64,000 nt of DNA from assembly GCF_964355755.1 (NCBI RefSeq), contig NC_092671.1:1674001-1738000 (forward strand), given 5' to 3'. Of this stretch, positions 51,858-64,000 are shown piece by piece. How positions within the stretch are numbered: the first letter of the stretch is position 1; each line of letters starts with the position of its first letter. A program made the position numbers and the translations under genes. Below the pieces are notes generated by a model, which saw only the letters and a program-made list of their open reading frames with translations, ran no database searches and was not told the DNA's origin. The DNA comes from Antedon mediterranea (taxonomy: Eukaryota; Animalia; Echinodermata).

Positions 51858-54800
51858 GCCCTCTGTAGCTTTGATTATTTTTAAACAATTTTAATATTTG
51901 AAGGAGACCAGATGCTAAACAATATTGCGATTCAATACCATCATTGGCTTAAATGCAAAATTCCATATTCCGAATGATTTAAAATGAAGCAATTTATCTG
52001 CTATGCAACAAAACTGTCAGTCATAAGATGGCTTGTTTTTAGGTCACGGTAGAATGACCCTGATTGTCATATCATAATTATTGGTTTTCTGCATACATAA
52101 TATCTTTAATGACTATCTGACTGTTATAAATCACCAAAAGACTGATAGCGTGACTGACAGATGAAAATTATGTTCACAGGCAAAATATTTAAATACATTC
52201 TGTTGATATAATAAGACTGGTAGGCTAGTGCTATTTTATGCGTAACCATGAGGGATTACAGAGTCTCAATAGCATATAGAAACGATTGAGTTTGCTATTT
52301 AAAATTATAATAACACGGTGTTGTTGCTTCAATGCACCTGGTTACTCTCCTGCTAAATATCTCTTGTCTTTGAACGATTGAACCTTCTTGTAATAACAAT
52401 TATAGACACGTATCTAATATTTTCTATTGTTGCGCTTCTTCATATATTCCATTGCCATCATATGCTAAACAAGAAGATTTTTTCAGATTATTTTTATTAT
52501 TCATAATCACTTTATATTTTGAAATTTTATTGCAATTTTTATATCTTTGTAGTAGTTTTTTATAATTGTATGTTTATGATATGTTTTTCTGTACTGTGTG
52601 TATTGTTGAGGCCCCAATGATCAGCTTTGCTAGATTGGAGGCTACTTATGAAACCATGGAGGAAAACATTTTTTTCCCTCCATGATGAAACTTGGTTCAA
52701 TAAAAAAAAAGAAACAAATATGGCATTCAAACAAGTGAATTTATTTATATTAACGAAATAGATAATACAAGTATTTCTTAATTTATATCAGTTTTTACAG
52801 TAAGAAATTATTTAAAACTGTATAAAATGATACATTTTGTTATAACAATTTAGGAAAAAATTGAAAAACCTATTCGTACAATTTATTTTATGCATGTTAT
52901 GCTGAAAAAAAAGCAATAATGAAACTGTTTCTATGGTAACTTGGTATATTATTAAATGTCCGTAATCAATCAATTTATTCAAAGTAGGTAAAATGTTGAC
53001 CTGTGGCCACGTTAACCTGCGAGATCAATTTGATAAAACATGTTTAGTTATGAATAATGAATAAATTATTTTGATACTAATTTAGTTCCGAATTATTCTC
53101 ATATGATATTAATACTGTGCAAATAATGATTTTCATTTTATTATAATATATTTGATAAATCATGGTCCTCTATAAACCAAATTACGTATTTGAAATGCTT
53201 ACAATGATCCCTGTGGTGAGACCGACGTGTAACGTTATCATCACGCCAAGCTACGCCTATCTCGGTATGACTGCACTCCTATAATGTTGTTTTAATGTAA
53301 ATGAAAATTCCTTTATGAACTTAGTTGAACATATTGAGTCAATGCAGAGAATGCTACCTCTCTTGAGAGATTCAATGTTTAAACATTGTGCTGCGTAAGC
53401 TAGGATGGTTATGGTGATAACTACATTTTAGTAGCAGCAGTGAAAGTGATGTTTTCCCCTGTGAAGTTGGCCTCAGATCGGCTATGACCTGAAGCCTAGG
53501 CATACAGCTGTCTACAACTTGTCGGTTTTCATCAGATTAAGATGAGACCAGCGCTGAGTTCATTGCTGAGTGAGCCTGTTGTGAATAACGCGGGTAATTT
53601 GTCATACTTCATTGTGTAATGCCCAGAAACTATAAACATATCATCTTTGGAATGCTATCTTAATTATAATCTGGGTCAGACCCATTACAAGGAAAAATGA
53701 AATGAATAATATGCATGATATGAGACACCTGATTCATAAACTGAGATTTCTATTCTTAAAAGAAAAAAGAAAAAAAAGTACTTTGTTATCTAATTTTTAA
53801 AGATATATTTCTTCCTGACAAAATAATTGTATTTATTTATTTATTTGGAATTACACCTTTAGATCGGTGGCACACTTAGTACAAAGGTGCATCCTTCACA
53901 ATAACAATATAACAATTAATGAATTACATAGAGAAAAGTGTAAAGACAAAACAACTATCAACCCCTATCCTAACCAACCCCCATCCCCCCACCCCCAATT
54001 TTAATAATTTGTTTGTTGAATATGCTATTTTAATGCCACATAATAGTTATTCAATTTGACAAAAAGTTGTATCGAAAAAAAAACTTGCATAAAGCAAAAA
54101 ATAGTCAAATTTCTGCCAACCAATGGATTTTTGGTTGAATTTAACCGTTTATTTTGTCTTTTTATAAGTGAAAACATACTTGGTTTTTTTTTAAAGTGTA
54201 CAATCCTATGAAATGGTATTAAACAATACTAATAGAACAAAAAAAAATAAAATATGTAAATAAAATAACTATACACCTGCAGCATGGAGAAAAAATGTAA
54301 AAATAGTATCTATAATGATCATAATAATTCTTACTTGAAAAACACAATTTTTTTCTCAGAATAGGTAGGAATGTTGTCCCATTGTTTTTTTTTAAATTTT
54401 ATTTATTTTATTTAGTTCATTTGGTTCATATACCATTTCACAGCCACTTTCTGCTTCCGTCCAGACAGATTTCTCACAAATTCACTAACCTTTCCGGTCT
54501 CCAAGTGTATTTTTTAGTTATTTATGTACTAAATTTCATATTCAATAATTTAAACACACACTTCAGTTTAATTTTTCTAATATCTTTAACCTCTTTTCTC
54601 CTATTGTATTCCCTCTACTATCATTTACATATTTTTAAAAATTCCAAAATCAAAACAACACCTGATTGTAATGCCATAAATTTGCTGTTTAATGTGCAAG
54701 GTTCTATAATTGATTGAGACCTTCATAATTCAATTTATTTTCTGGATACCATTGGTGTTTATTCCACACTTGCTGGCTCCAATAAAAATTGCTTTTTGTT

Positions 54801-55945
54801 AGATTTGTCGCCATTGTGTACTTTGTGTTTATTTCATATCTAATAGCAGTGACAGATCCAGGATTCTGAAATGGGGGGCCCAGGACCTAAATGGTGAAAC
54901 GAAGGGCTGAGTTTAATTAGCTGTCCTATCTTTATCTGCATTACAGTTTGCAAAATTTAGGGGGCCACTGAATAGCAATAAACTGAACTGGAACGTTGTG
55001 AAATAAAGGGCTGAGCTTAATTAATAATTTTTTTAAAAATCTTTTGCATTAAAATTTGCGAAATTTAGGCGTAACCCGGGATCTGCTGCTGAATAGTAAT
55101 AATCTGAACTAGAACATTTGTATCTCCTACTAAACCATAAGGCCGATACTTACAACCCTTCCCTGTAATCATTCGTCTATGTTAGAATGGTGGTCTTTAG
55201 TCAGTTAGAAAGACCTGTTTACCTAATATTCTTCGCATTTTTAGCTTGGAGTAAACCTCGATCTGATGAATTCTGACATCTAGATCAGAAATGAAGAGCA
55301 ACAAGATAATTATTTAAAGCAAAGGCACCTTACTGTCTATCTGTTGCGATATTGAAACGTGTGGAAATCTGTCAAAATGCCTGTGGATTAAAGAAACTTT
55401 CATTTAGACGAGAGATGATGGAGTATCTAAGATTGTTTAAAGCAATGAGGTAGATTAAACTGAGTCATGTTCATCTTGTCTGAAGTCCAACGATTCTAAA
55501 ATGCGAAAATAAATCAATAATGACCACTAACTATAATGGAAAATGTCTGAATTCATTTGAGCAAAAGTAAGGATTACTTGAAAAATATTAATTTAGACCA
55601 CCAAGTTCGGTTTTAATTTAGACCAAAGCAAGCTTGAAAGAAATTAAGTTCACTGTGCGTGATAAAGAATGAAATCAAAAAGTTATGAAAAAAAACATTT
55701 TATGATTTCTTGTTACCATATATAATTTCATTTGTTTATAATACATTCACCATTTCATTTCATTTTAATTTCATTTATCACCTTTTGTCTGTATTTGTAT
55801 TTGCAGGTAAAATAACAAACATTTGTGAATTGTTCATTCATTATTAATATTACACTATTTTACATTACAACATAATTCGCTAAATGCAATAACAATCCAC
55901 AACATTTTTTACTTTTTTTAGTTTAAAAATAAAACATTGTATTGT

Positions 55946-56178
55946 TACGATAGCAACAATGCACTATTTGCTAATGTAAGGATATTTAATGCTCTAAAGT
56001 TATATGCTCTGATGCCTAAATTCATCAAGAAATATTTCTTACAAAAAAACGCTGTTCGACTTCTTTACGTAACAGTTTTATTTATTGTTCTTTCTTCTTG
56101 ATACGATAGCAACATATGCACTATTTGCTAATGTAAGGATATTTAATGCTCTAAAGTTATGTGCTCTGATGCCTAAAT
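55946..56178. repeat. ~75-bp direct duplication
   Basis: TACGATAGCAACA..TGCACTATTTGCTAATGTAAGGATATTTAATGCTCTAAAGTTAT.TGCTCTGATGCCTAAAT at ~55947 and ~56102. Confidence 0.88.
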
Positions 56179-56457
56179 CCAAACACACAACATCTCATAA
56201 AGGGAATAGGTCTTATTATTAGATCATTACAAGATCCTATTAATATTGACCAATACTCCTAATGGGTATAATTTATATCGACTACTTAATATGATTTGCA
56301 GTAAAACATAGTGAGGAAGGCAAGATACTAAACTGAGCAAGATGGATACAATTATATTAATATTGACCGTAGTATGATGGAAATAAATTATATTAAAGGT
56401 TAAGAGTCCAAAATGAACAACTTAATTTTTTTACCAATGGTTTATTAATAATTAAAT

Positions 56458-57000
56458 ATTACAGTAGTATTTCTAACAATTTGGAAGGTTTGGTAAATTG
56501 ACAAAAAATTTACTTCTGTTTAAAAATGTTAGATATATATAATATATCTAAGCTCATGACGATTTTTGTCCCTACCCAACCATAAACAATCCTGGCCACG
56601 GACTTGTCACATTTTCCTAACCATTTTTACAGTAAAGTTTGATGTTAATATTACAAATTTCAATTTTTCAAAATATTCACATGAAATAACATTAGATGAA
56701 ATATTTGGCAAATTGATACAATTAACATGTTACAGTCATTTCTAACAATTTGGAAGGTTAACAAATTTTATTTAAAAAATATATATATATTATGATGATT
56801 GTATTCCCTTAAATCCCTGCCCCTTCCAATCCCTAACATCCACCCAACTATAAAAAAAATAATGGCTATACAGCCTTGTCACAGTTTTACATCCAATTTT
56901 GATATGTTAAAATATTATGAATTTCATTTCACTGATTTTTTTCACAAATATTCATGAGATAACATATGAATCAGTTGTCAAATTGATAAAATTAACATGT
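56458..57000. repeat. Diverged ~270-bp tandem duplication
   Basis: TTACAGT...TTTCTAACAATTTGGAAGGTT, ACCCAAC.ATAAA, CTTGTCACA and AAATATTCA...CAAATTGATA.AATTAACATGT each occur twice in the same order. Confidence 0.7.
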
Positions 57001-60000
57001 CTTCTGCAAGGAAACCAATAATGACAGATGTGTTTTATACAAGGAAATAAATTGATGTTTTTCGTATGAAACAAGCAGCAGTTTGATGGTCAGAATATGT
57101 AATTTGCTGTTTCCTGTCTTCTTTGGATTATAAACTGTATAGTAGTTATGAGATGAAAGGGAATTATTTTTAGCTGTTTGATCATCTGATTTTCATGAAG
57201 ATTGTCATATATGCTTGTCAGGGGTGTATCCAGTGGAGGGTAATGAGAGGGGTGGAGTGATTGGAGTGACATGCCTAATTTTGACAGACTATTTATTATA
57301 TTTTAGCGTTCCTCTGTTTAAATAATCCTGGATCCACCCCTTCTTGTCAGATGTTAACTACGATATTATACTAATTTATATCTGCACATAGTGCACATTT
57401 TTCTATTACTTTTCTTATTTATTTTTAATAATAATTTTAATTTAATAATGTTGGGTTCTAAGATTAATGAAGAGTGAATTTTAAGACAATTAACATAATG
57501 AAATAAAAATTGTCTTTATCTTTTAGAAAGCACTATTTACATTGCGCTTTACACTTGCGAAATGGTACAACTACATCAGAAGCAAGAGTGGTTTATAAAC
57601 ATGTCTCATGATGTTTACAGTATTAGTACACAATATTCATATTGCCTGTTGTATTAATGTAGCATACTGTCTTCTTGTAATACATTACCATTTACCTTTG
57701 CTTTGTTCAGCTCCAGTTACATAATTTACGAATCCATCCATCCTAGATCTCTGTGAAAACAAGGCCATATCGTGAACCTCTTACTGAAACAGCATAGCAT
57801 ATTAAAATCAAGACCTGTTATTAAGACAAACTAAGCTAGTTGAGAAAGAAGAAAATCTGTGAATATCAGTTACTGTATTGCGATTACAGTTGTTGTTGCT
57901 AAATTACAATTTGAATGTAAATAGGGAAAACAGTACAGTACAACCACCTACTAAGGGGACACCTTTGGGACCCCTGAATCTGTCCCCTGAAGTTGCAGTG
58001 TTAAAACATATATTTTGTTTCACACAAAAGTATGATTGCACATTAGGTATAACTTCCTAGAATTAATAAACCTATTTTTTTTTTAGAAAGCAGATTATTT
58101 ATTGACTAAGAAAAACACAAAAGTACACTTGGATGTAGTTGCATGAAGGTGTGAAAATAACATTCATGTGGTGCCAGAGGTTCCAGGGAGAGTTGCAGCT
58201 TCACCCCAGGGAGAACACAATATGCCCCTTTATGAGAACAGTTGTTTTGACTACTTACTGAATGATTGTCATTGTATATGGTGTATTTATATAACTGCAG
58301 ACACGATGTCCAGCAGTGTGTTTCTTTTTAGACCTTGGATGATTAATTTACATTTTAAGGATCTATATCTTTTGTTCTTTTGACAGGACTTCACTCTGTT
58401 ACGAGGCCATTTGTTATGTATTCTTTTTTGTTAAGCGAAGAAGAATTAGGTATTAAAAGTAATACTAAAAATACTAGGTGTATTACTCAATTATTAAACT
58501 GGGATAATAATATGTAGTGCAGTATTTATATATCTCCTGGTGGAGTTAGTCCTTACTATTTGTTTAGTCTATATTAAATTTACATTCAAGTATCATTTAT
58601 TCACTAACAACAAGTTGTTGCTTTCCTAAATAGTAATAAAAAATATTAAATATTAATGTTAGTATTATAATTAACATTAATTATGAATTTATGAAATATA
58701 TAAACATTCAGAATAGCTTTTAAAATATTCATGTTACAGATAAAAAAAAAATTTCATATTGCATGGATAATAATATTCATAAAATTCTTTTAATCTAATA
58801 AAATTATTTAAAAAAAACCCAGAAATTATTAAAGTAATCATGATGAATTACTATGACAACAAAAATAAAATTAGTGAGTTCAAAATATACTAAGTCTTAC
58901 ATAATACAGGAAACTATTATTATGTAATATCCACATTTTTAACCAAAATCTCTAATGAATTTTGCTTGAAAAATTAATTGAAAATGAAGTAAAATGGTAA
59001 TTAAACCAACATGTAGAGGATTGTTGTAATTCAGTCCTTTTTTACCTTTTTTTATTCAGCTGAAGTCCTCTATAAAATAAAGTTTTAAAAACCAAAGTTG
59101 CTCTGTTATAGTACACTATAAATTGTATGAAATGAAGCTAGTTGTATCTTTGATGGAAAAAGAGATAGATTAGTAGCTCTCTTATTATAGAGGAGTTTCA
59201 GAGCAGTAGTTAGCCATAAAATCCCTTTAGTAGGATTGCTTTAAATACTTCAATGTCAAAAACAGTGCCAGACTGTGTGGTTTGCACGCCACTACAATGT
59301 AAGAATTAGTCTCTTTCTTTCCCAACTCCAATCAAACAATTGTAAAAGTCTGACGAGAAACAGAATACAGGTTGTTTAATATTGTGGATTTCTAAGCGGG
59401 AACAAATATATAAAACTTTATTACCTATTAAAACTATTAGAGTAATTGAAGCGTTAAACATATTATTGTCTTTTTCAAGTTCAATTAGAACGTAAAAGAA
59501 CAATATAATGTAACAGTTTGGAACTTAAATTTATTTGATACTATTTCACTGTCATATATTTTAGTAAGTTTTCGTCTGATTTCAAATTCTTAATAGTAAT
59601 ACTAAAACATAGCTAGATGCAATTATCTTGACATAAGTTTTAATATTGGTTTATGAACATTACCTATTTTAGTATTTTAAACAGATGAAACAAGTTATTC
59701 TGTTAAAAGAAACTTTTAATATTATAGACAATAGAAAGGAATGTTTTATCCACTCATTAATTTACTTTCAATGTGCTTTAAATTACACTTAGTAATAACA
59801 GAACACATTATGTTTTTATCTAAAGGCCATTTTATTGTTATTTAACTTTAATTGTAATGATTATATGACATAGAAAGTGATGACAAATTAATCTATTTTT
59901 AAATTGCTATAATTTACAATTCAGAAAATAGATTATGTTTTTATTTAAAGGACATTTAATTGTTATTTTGCAGTAATTGCAATAATAAAAATAAAACAAT

Positions 60001-63000
60001 GTGTTCATAGAAAGTTAATATATTTGTGCTTTATATAAAGTGCTTTAATTTAGACTTCTTAGAATAATTATATTTTGATTTAAATTAAAGACCATCTTAT
60101 TCTTATTTTAAGTTGATCAACATGCTGGTAATGTGTTAACTGTGTGGTTAGCCATTATGGAAGTTTTCGGTTAAATTGTGGTTTGTTTAATTTTGCTGGT
60201 GACGCCACTTGAGGGAACATGACCTCCGGACTATAAATCCCAGACCCTTCCCATTGATCTCATTTGAAATAATGTTTGGTTGATGTTGGACCACTCAGCA
60301 ATAAACTTTGTATATGTTGTGTTACATAATAATGTATGTGTGAATAAGTACTAGTTTGTTGCCACAGTCATTTGAACGTTAATTTTGTGAATGTTCTACA
60401 ATGTTCAGACTCACATTCACTCATTGTTACGTTAGCTATTACGGCGATATATCTTGCAAAATTTAGCTGCTTGTTCAGAAGCCCATTCACAATCTAAAAA
60501 CCAAAATTATGGACATGATTTTTATTTAAAACCGAAAGAATAGGCCTACTATAAGTTGATTGACTATTGAAGAAACCGTTTCTTGTTCATGATAACTGAT
60601 CTTGATCTGTTGATCACGATCACACTATCCAGTACCGTAACTCTGGTATAGAATCCACTAATGTAAGCCAGTTCAAGGCTCAGGATATCTTTTGGTGCAC
60701 CGTCCACTGATTAGACCGGTATTTTCACTTCATGGATTACAAATGTCACTACCAATCTACATACAATTATCAACATGGTTCACATCAACTTCTTGACATT
60801 TAGCGCAAATTAAATGCATGAGTAGACGTAGTTATAAAACCAATTTAATCCCAAATTCCACTTGTCTGTTCTCTGCTATTTGATCCTGAATCTTGCTCCA
60901 GGATTTTAGTAATCAAATCAAGATTTACAATTGCTTTTATCATAATTGTATTAACGAAAGTAGTACTTCTGCTACAAATACAAGCAAAAATTGTGTAAAT
61001 TAGTGACCGTACGATTTGTTGATAAACTGGTCGCATCTCTAAGTTGTTATACAGTATTCTCATCCATTTTATTTATGTCTTTATCTTCAGACAATTATTG
61101 GAAAAATGAAACAATAGGAACATGATAGGATTATATATATATTTCTATTCTTAATGCCTTTTTTGGAAAAAAAAACATGGAAAATCAGCTATTTAGCAAT
61201 TTTTATTTGAGAGAAGCATTTATTGTACTTTTATGACCCAATGAAGAGGGATGTTGTAGTTTGCTATAAATTCTTATCAAATTAGTTTAATAGTCTATAA
61301 CCACAGAAATATATTATTGTCACTTTTACTTGGTCAGCTGTCTTTCTTGGAAAAGCTTGCTGCCAGATGGAAGGAGTCTTTGTCATTAAAATGATGTACA
61401 TTCTATCATTTTTAACTTGTTAATACTCAATGTGAACACAATGTACAGTATTATATTATTTGATTAAAGCATGGACAAGAATAAATGTACTATTCTCATC
61501 AGAAATAATCAGTTAAAAGAATAAATGTACTAATAATCAGTTAAAAAGAAAAAACAGATAGGTTCATTCACATCTTTATCTTCCCAACCCTAACTCCCTT
61601 CCAACTCCAAAATCCCTCCCAACCCCTGAACCCCCTCCCAACATCCTAAACATTTTATATCCATCCCTGCTGTGTAGGCTATAATGCATTGTTTAAAAAG
61701 TTTCTGTTTCATCATATTCATCATAAAAGTATAAAGAAATGAATTAACAATAATGCTTTGTACAAGATGCTTAATAATAAAACCATTTTCACTACATGTT
61801 TATTTCGCTTTAGTTGACGCTGATAAAACCAAAAACTAATTTATATTTTGTTTTTCTTTTGATTTATTCATAAAAAAGTATAGAAATCTTACGCTTAACA
61901 TATGGTTTTGTTTGATACAGTGTTTGGCAGCTTCGAAATGGTTAATTTGAGCTAATTAGGCGGAGCATATAAATGCGATTTATGCAGAGTGTTTGTTCAG
62001 CCGTGGGGGTTATTATTGCTGAAATTGTAGTCAATGTTTTGGAGGCCTTGGTATTTCCGTTTCACCGACCCAAGTGTTAGTTGTTGTTGGGTTAAATTAG
62101 AGCAGAATTGGTTTATTAATGATGACAATATGTACTTGCTTTTGAGGTCTCTCAGGCACCTATATATTTGTCAGAATCGTACATTTTACAAGGATTTATA
62201 AATGTATTAATTTTATCAAAGATGTTTCATTCTTTTGTCTTGTTGTGTCTTGTCTGTAAATAATATTTAATGTTAATATTTATAGGGTATTTCTTTCAAG
62301 GCTAGACAAATAAAATATAAATATTCCTGAAAAATTAATAAACATATATTTGCTTTTTAAACAAATTCAAGGTGTTAACACTTACAACGAATACTGTAGA
62401 ACTTCAATTAAGGGGGGGGGGGGGACACCTTCGGGATTGAAATAATTGTCCCCTTTATATGGTGCCCTTCAATAGGAGTTGGTTGTAGTATTGAACTTCA
62501 AAATTAAAACAGATGACGCTCCTTGTTAATTACATAGGAAACTGTCCCTTTAATAGGGGTATCCCAAAGAAGGATTATTTTTACTGTATTAATAAAACTT
62601 TTATGAAAATGAAGGATATTGATTTTTTATAATGTAATGTAAAAATGTAACACACCTTACACAATCATTTACAATAGTCCTACCAGCAAAGTACTATAAT
62701 GTTATACACATCATTATCACATTATAGAATAGTCTATATCATTACATTGTTTAGCTCTATAAAATACACATTTCTATTCCTCTATGATAAAAAGAAATCA
62801 TTACCGGTGTAATTAGTGTTTTAAAACCAGCATTACTGCGTTGTGTGAATGCTGTGAGGAATGTTATTCCTTGTCGACCAATAGATCTTTGCTACAGGCA
62901 TCATTCCAATGGTAATCACTAGTATATTGTGACAAATAAGTTTTAATTATTATTTTAAAAAGCTGTTACTAATCTGGTAGATTGCTTATTTCCTGCTGCC

Positions 63001-64000
63001 AATCATAGGTGTCAACAACAATGATTTATGTTTATCAATCAACTGACAGTTTTCATCAGTCAATCATTCTCATAATCCTTTTATATTATATTTATATCAG
63101 AATTTTTAGGGAGAATACGGTATAAGCCTATGGTAGGCAGGCCTATGGTCAATTCTGTACAATTTTTTGCTATTACACGCATTCATAGACATGGTCTTTG
63201 CTTGAAATCCACCATTGGAACTTAGCAATTTGCTTATAGATTTTTAATTTTATATTAGTTGAAAATTTCAAAACTAGTTAATGTTTGCTTGTTGTAATTT
63301 TTGAAAAATAGTTACTTTTTAATTCTGTAATTTGAACTGTTCATAGAATAAAAAGAATCTGTACAGAATTGTTTTAATGAGGTATTGAATTTTGTCTGAC
63401 GTTCATCTAAATTTCGCTATCATAAGATTAAAACATTGATGTAGATTTGGCTATTGCATTTTAGATTTCTAGAAAGTATACTTAGTTATAAATGTGTTTA
63501 AATGACAATTCTACTGAAAGATGAATCTCAATCAAGAATTTTAATGATAATGATTTGAATGGTGTACTCTTCTTGCCCTTTAGAATGATATATCTTATTT
63601 TACAATTTATCATAATTTTGTTTCTTTAATATTAAAAGTTAAAATTGAATTTACTTATTAGTAAAGCATCTGGTAGAATGGACAAAATTATAGTATTATA
63701 ATTGCTTTCAATTTTTAATTCTTTTATTCATTAGTGAGTGACTAAACAAGGCGCCAGTGGATTTGCTGAAGGTAATATTCAGGAAAATGTTCACATTTTA
63801 ATGTGAGATTCTGCAGAGTCGTCAATCAATTTATCTATTGTATTAAGACATTCTATGTTGCCAGAAATCATTTACTACAAATCTTTGTAATTGATCCGTG
63901 TCAAAGGTCGCATGGGTTAACATTTATAATTTTGGATGATTACATTGGATTATTTAAATATATTTTTTGTACCACCTACAGTAGCATAATGTAAAGGATA

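Noticed and set aside
22958-63994. Numerous 60-136 aa ORFs
   Set aside because: F/I/L/K/N-biased composition of AT-rich non-coding DNA, often non-ATG starts and no recognisable domains. A few overlap decayed retroelements.

Overview
AT-rich animal (invertebrate-looking, spliceosomal-intron) genomic DNA, not prokaryotic. The first 23 kb holds a same-strand (+) tandem array of four Frizzled-CRD genes. (A) A spliced secreted CRD+NTR gene at 4251-12266, with a possible extra 69-nt exon. (B) An intronless secreted CRD-only gene at 14580-15047. (C) A second spliced secreted CRD+NTR gene at 16006-17659. (D) An intronless Frizzled-1/2/7-class 7TM Wnt receptor at 21114-22838. The main observation is that all three secreted genes carry a Frizzled-1/2/7-type CRD that shares unusual residues with the adjacent receptor, while the NTR exons of A and C look like sFRP1/2/5 in both sequence and exon layout. 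This suggests a locally evolved receptor-plus-decoy cluster with chimeric sFRP-like genes. The remaining ~41 kb has no convincing coding sequence, only MITEs, LINE remnants, tandem repeats and candidate regulatory islands. All gene models and alignments were read by hand and no database searches were run, so novelty is unconfirmed.
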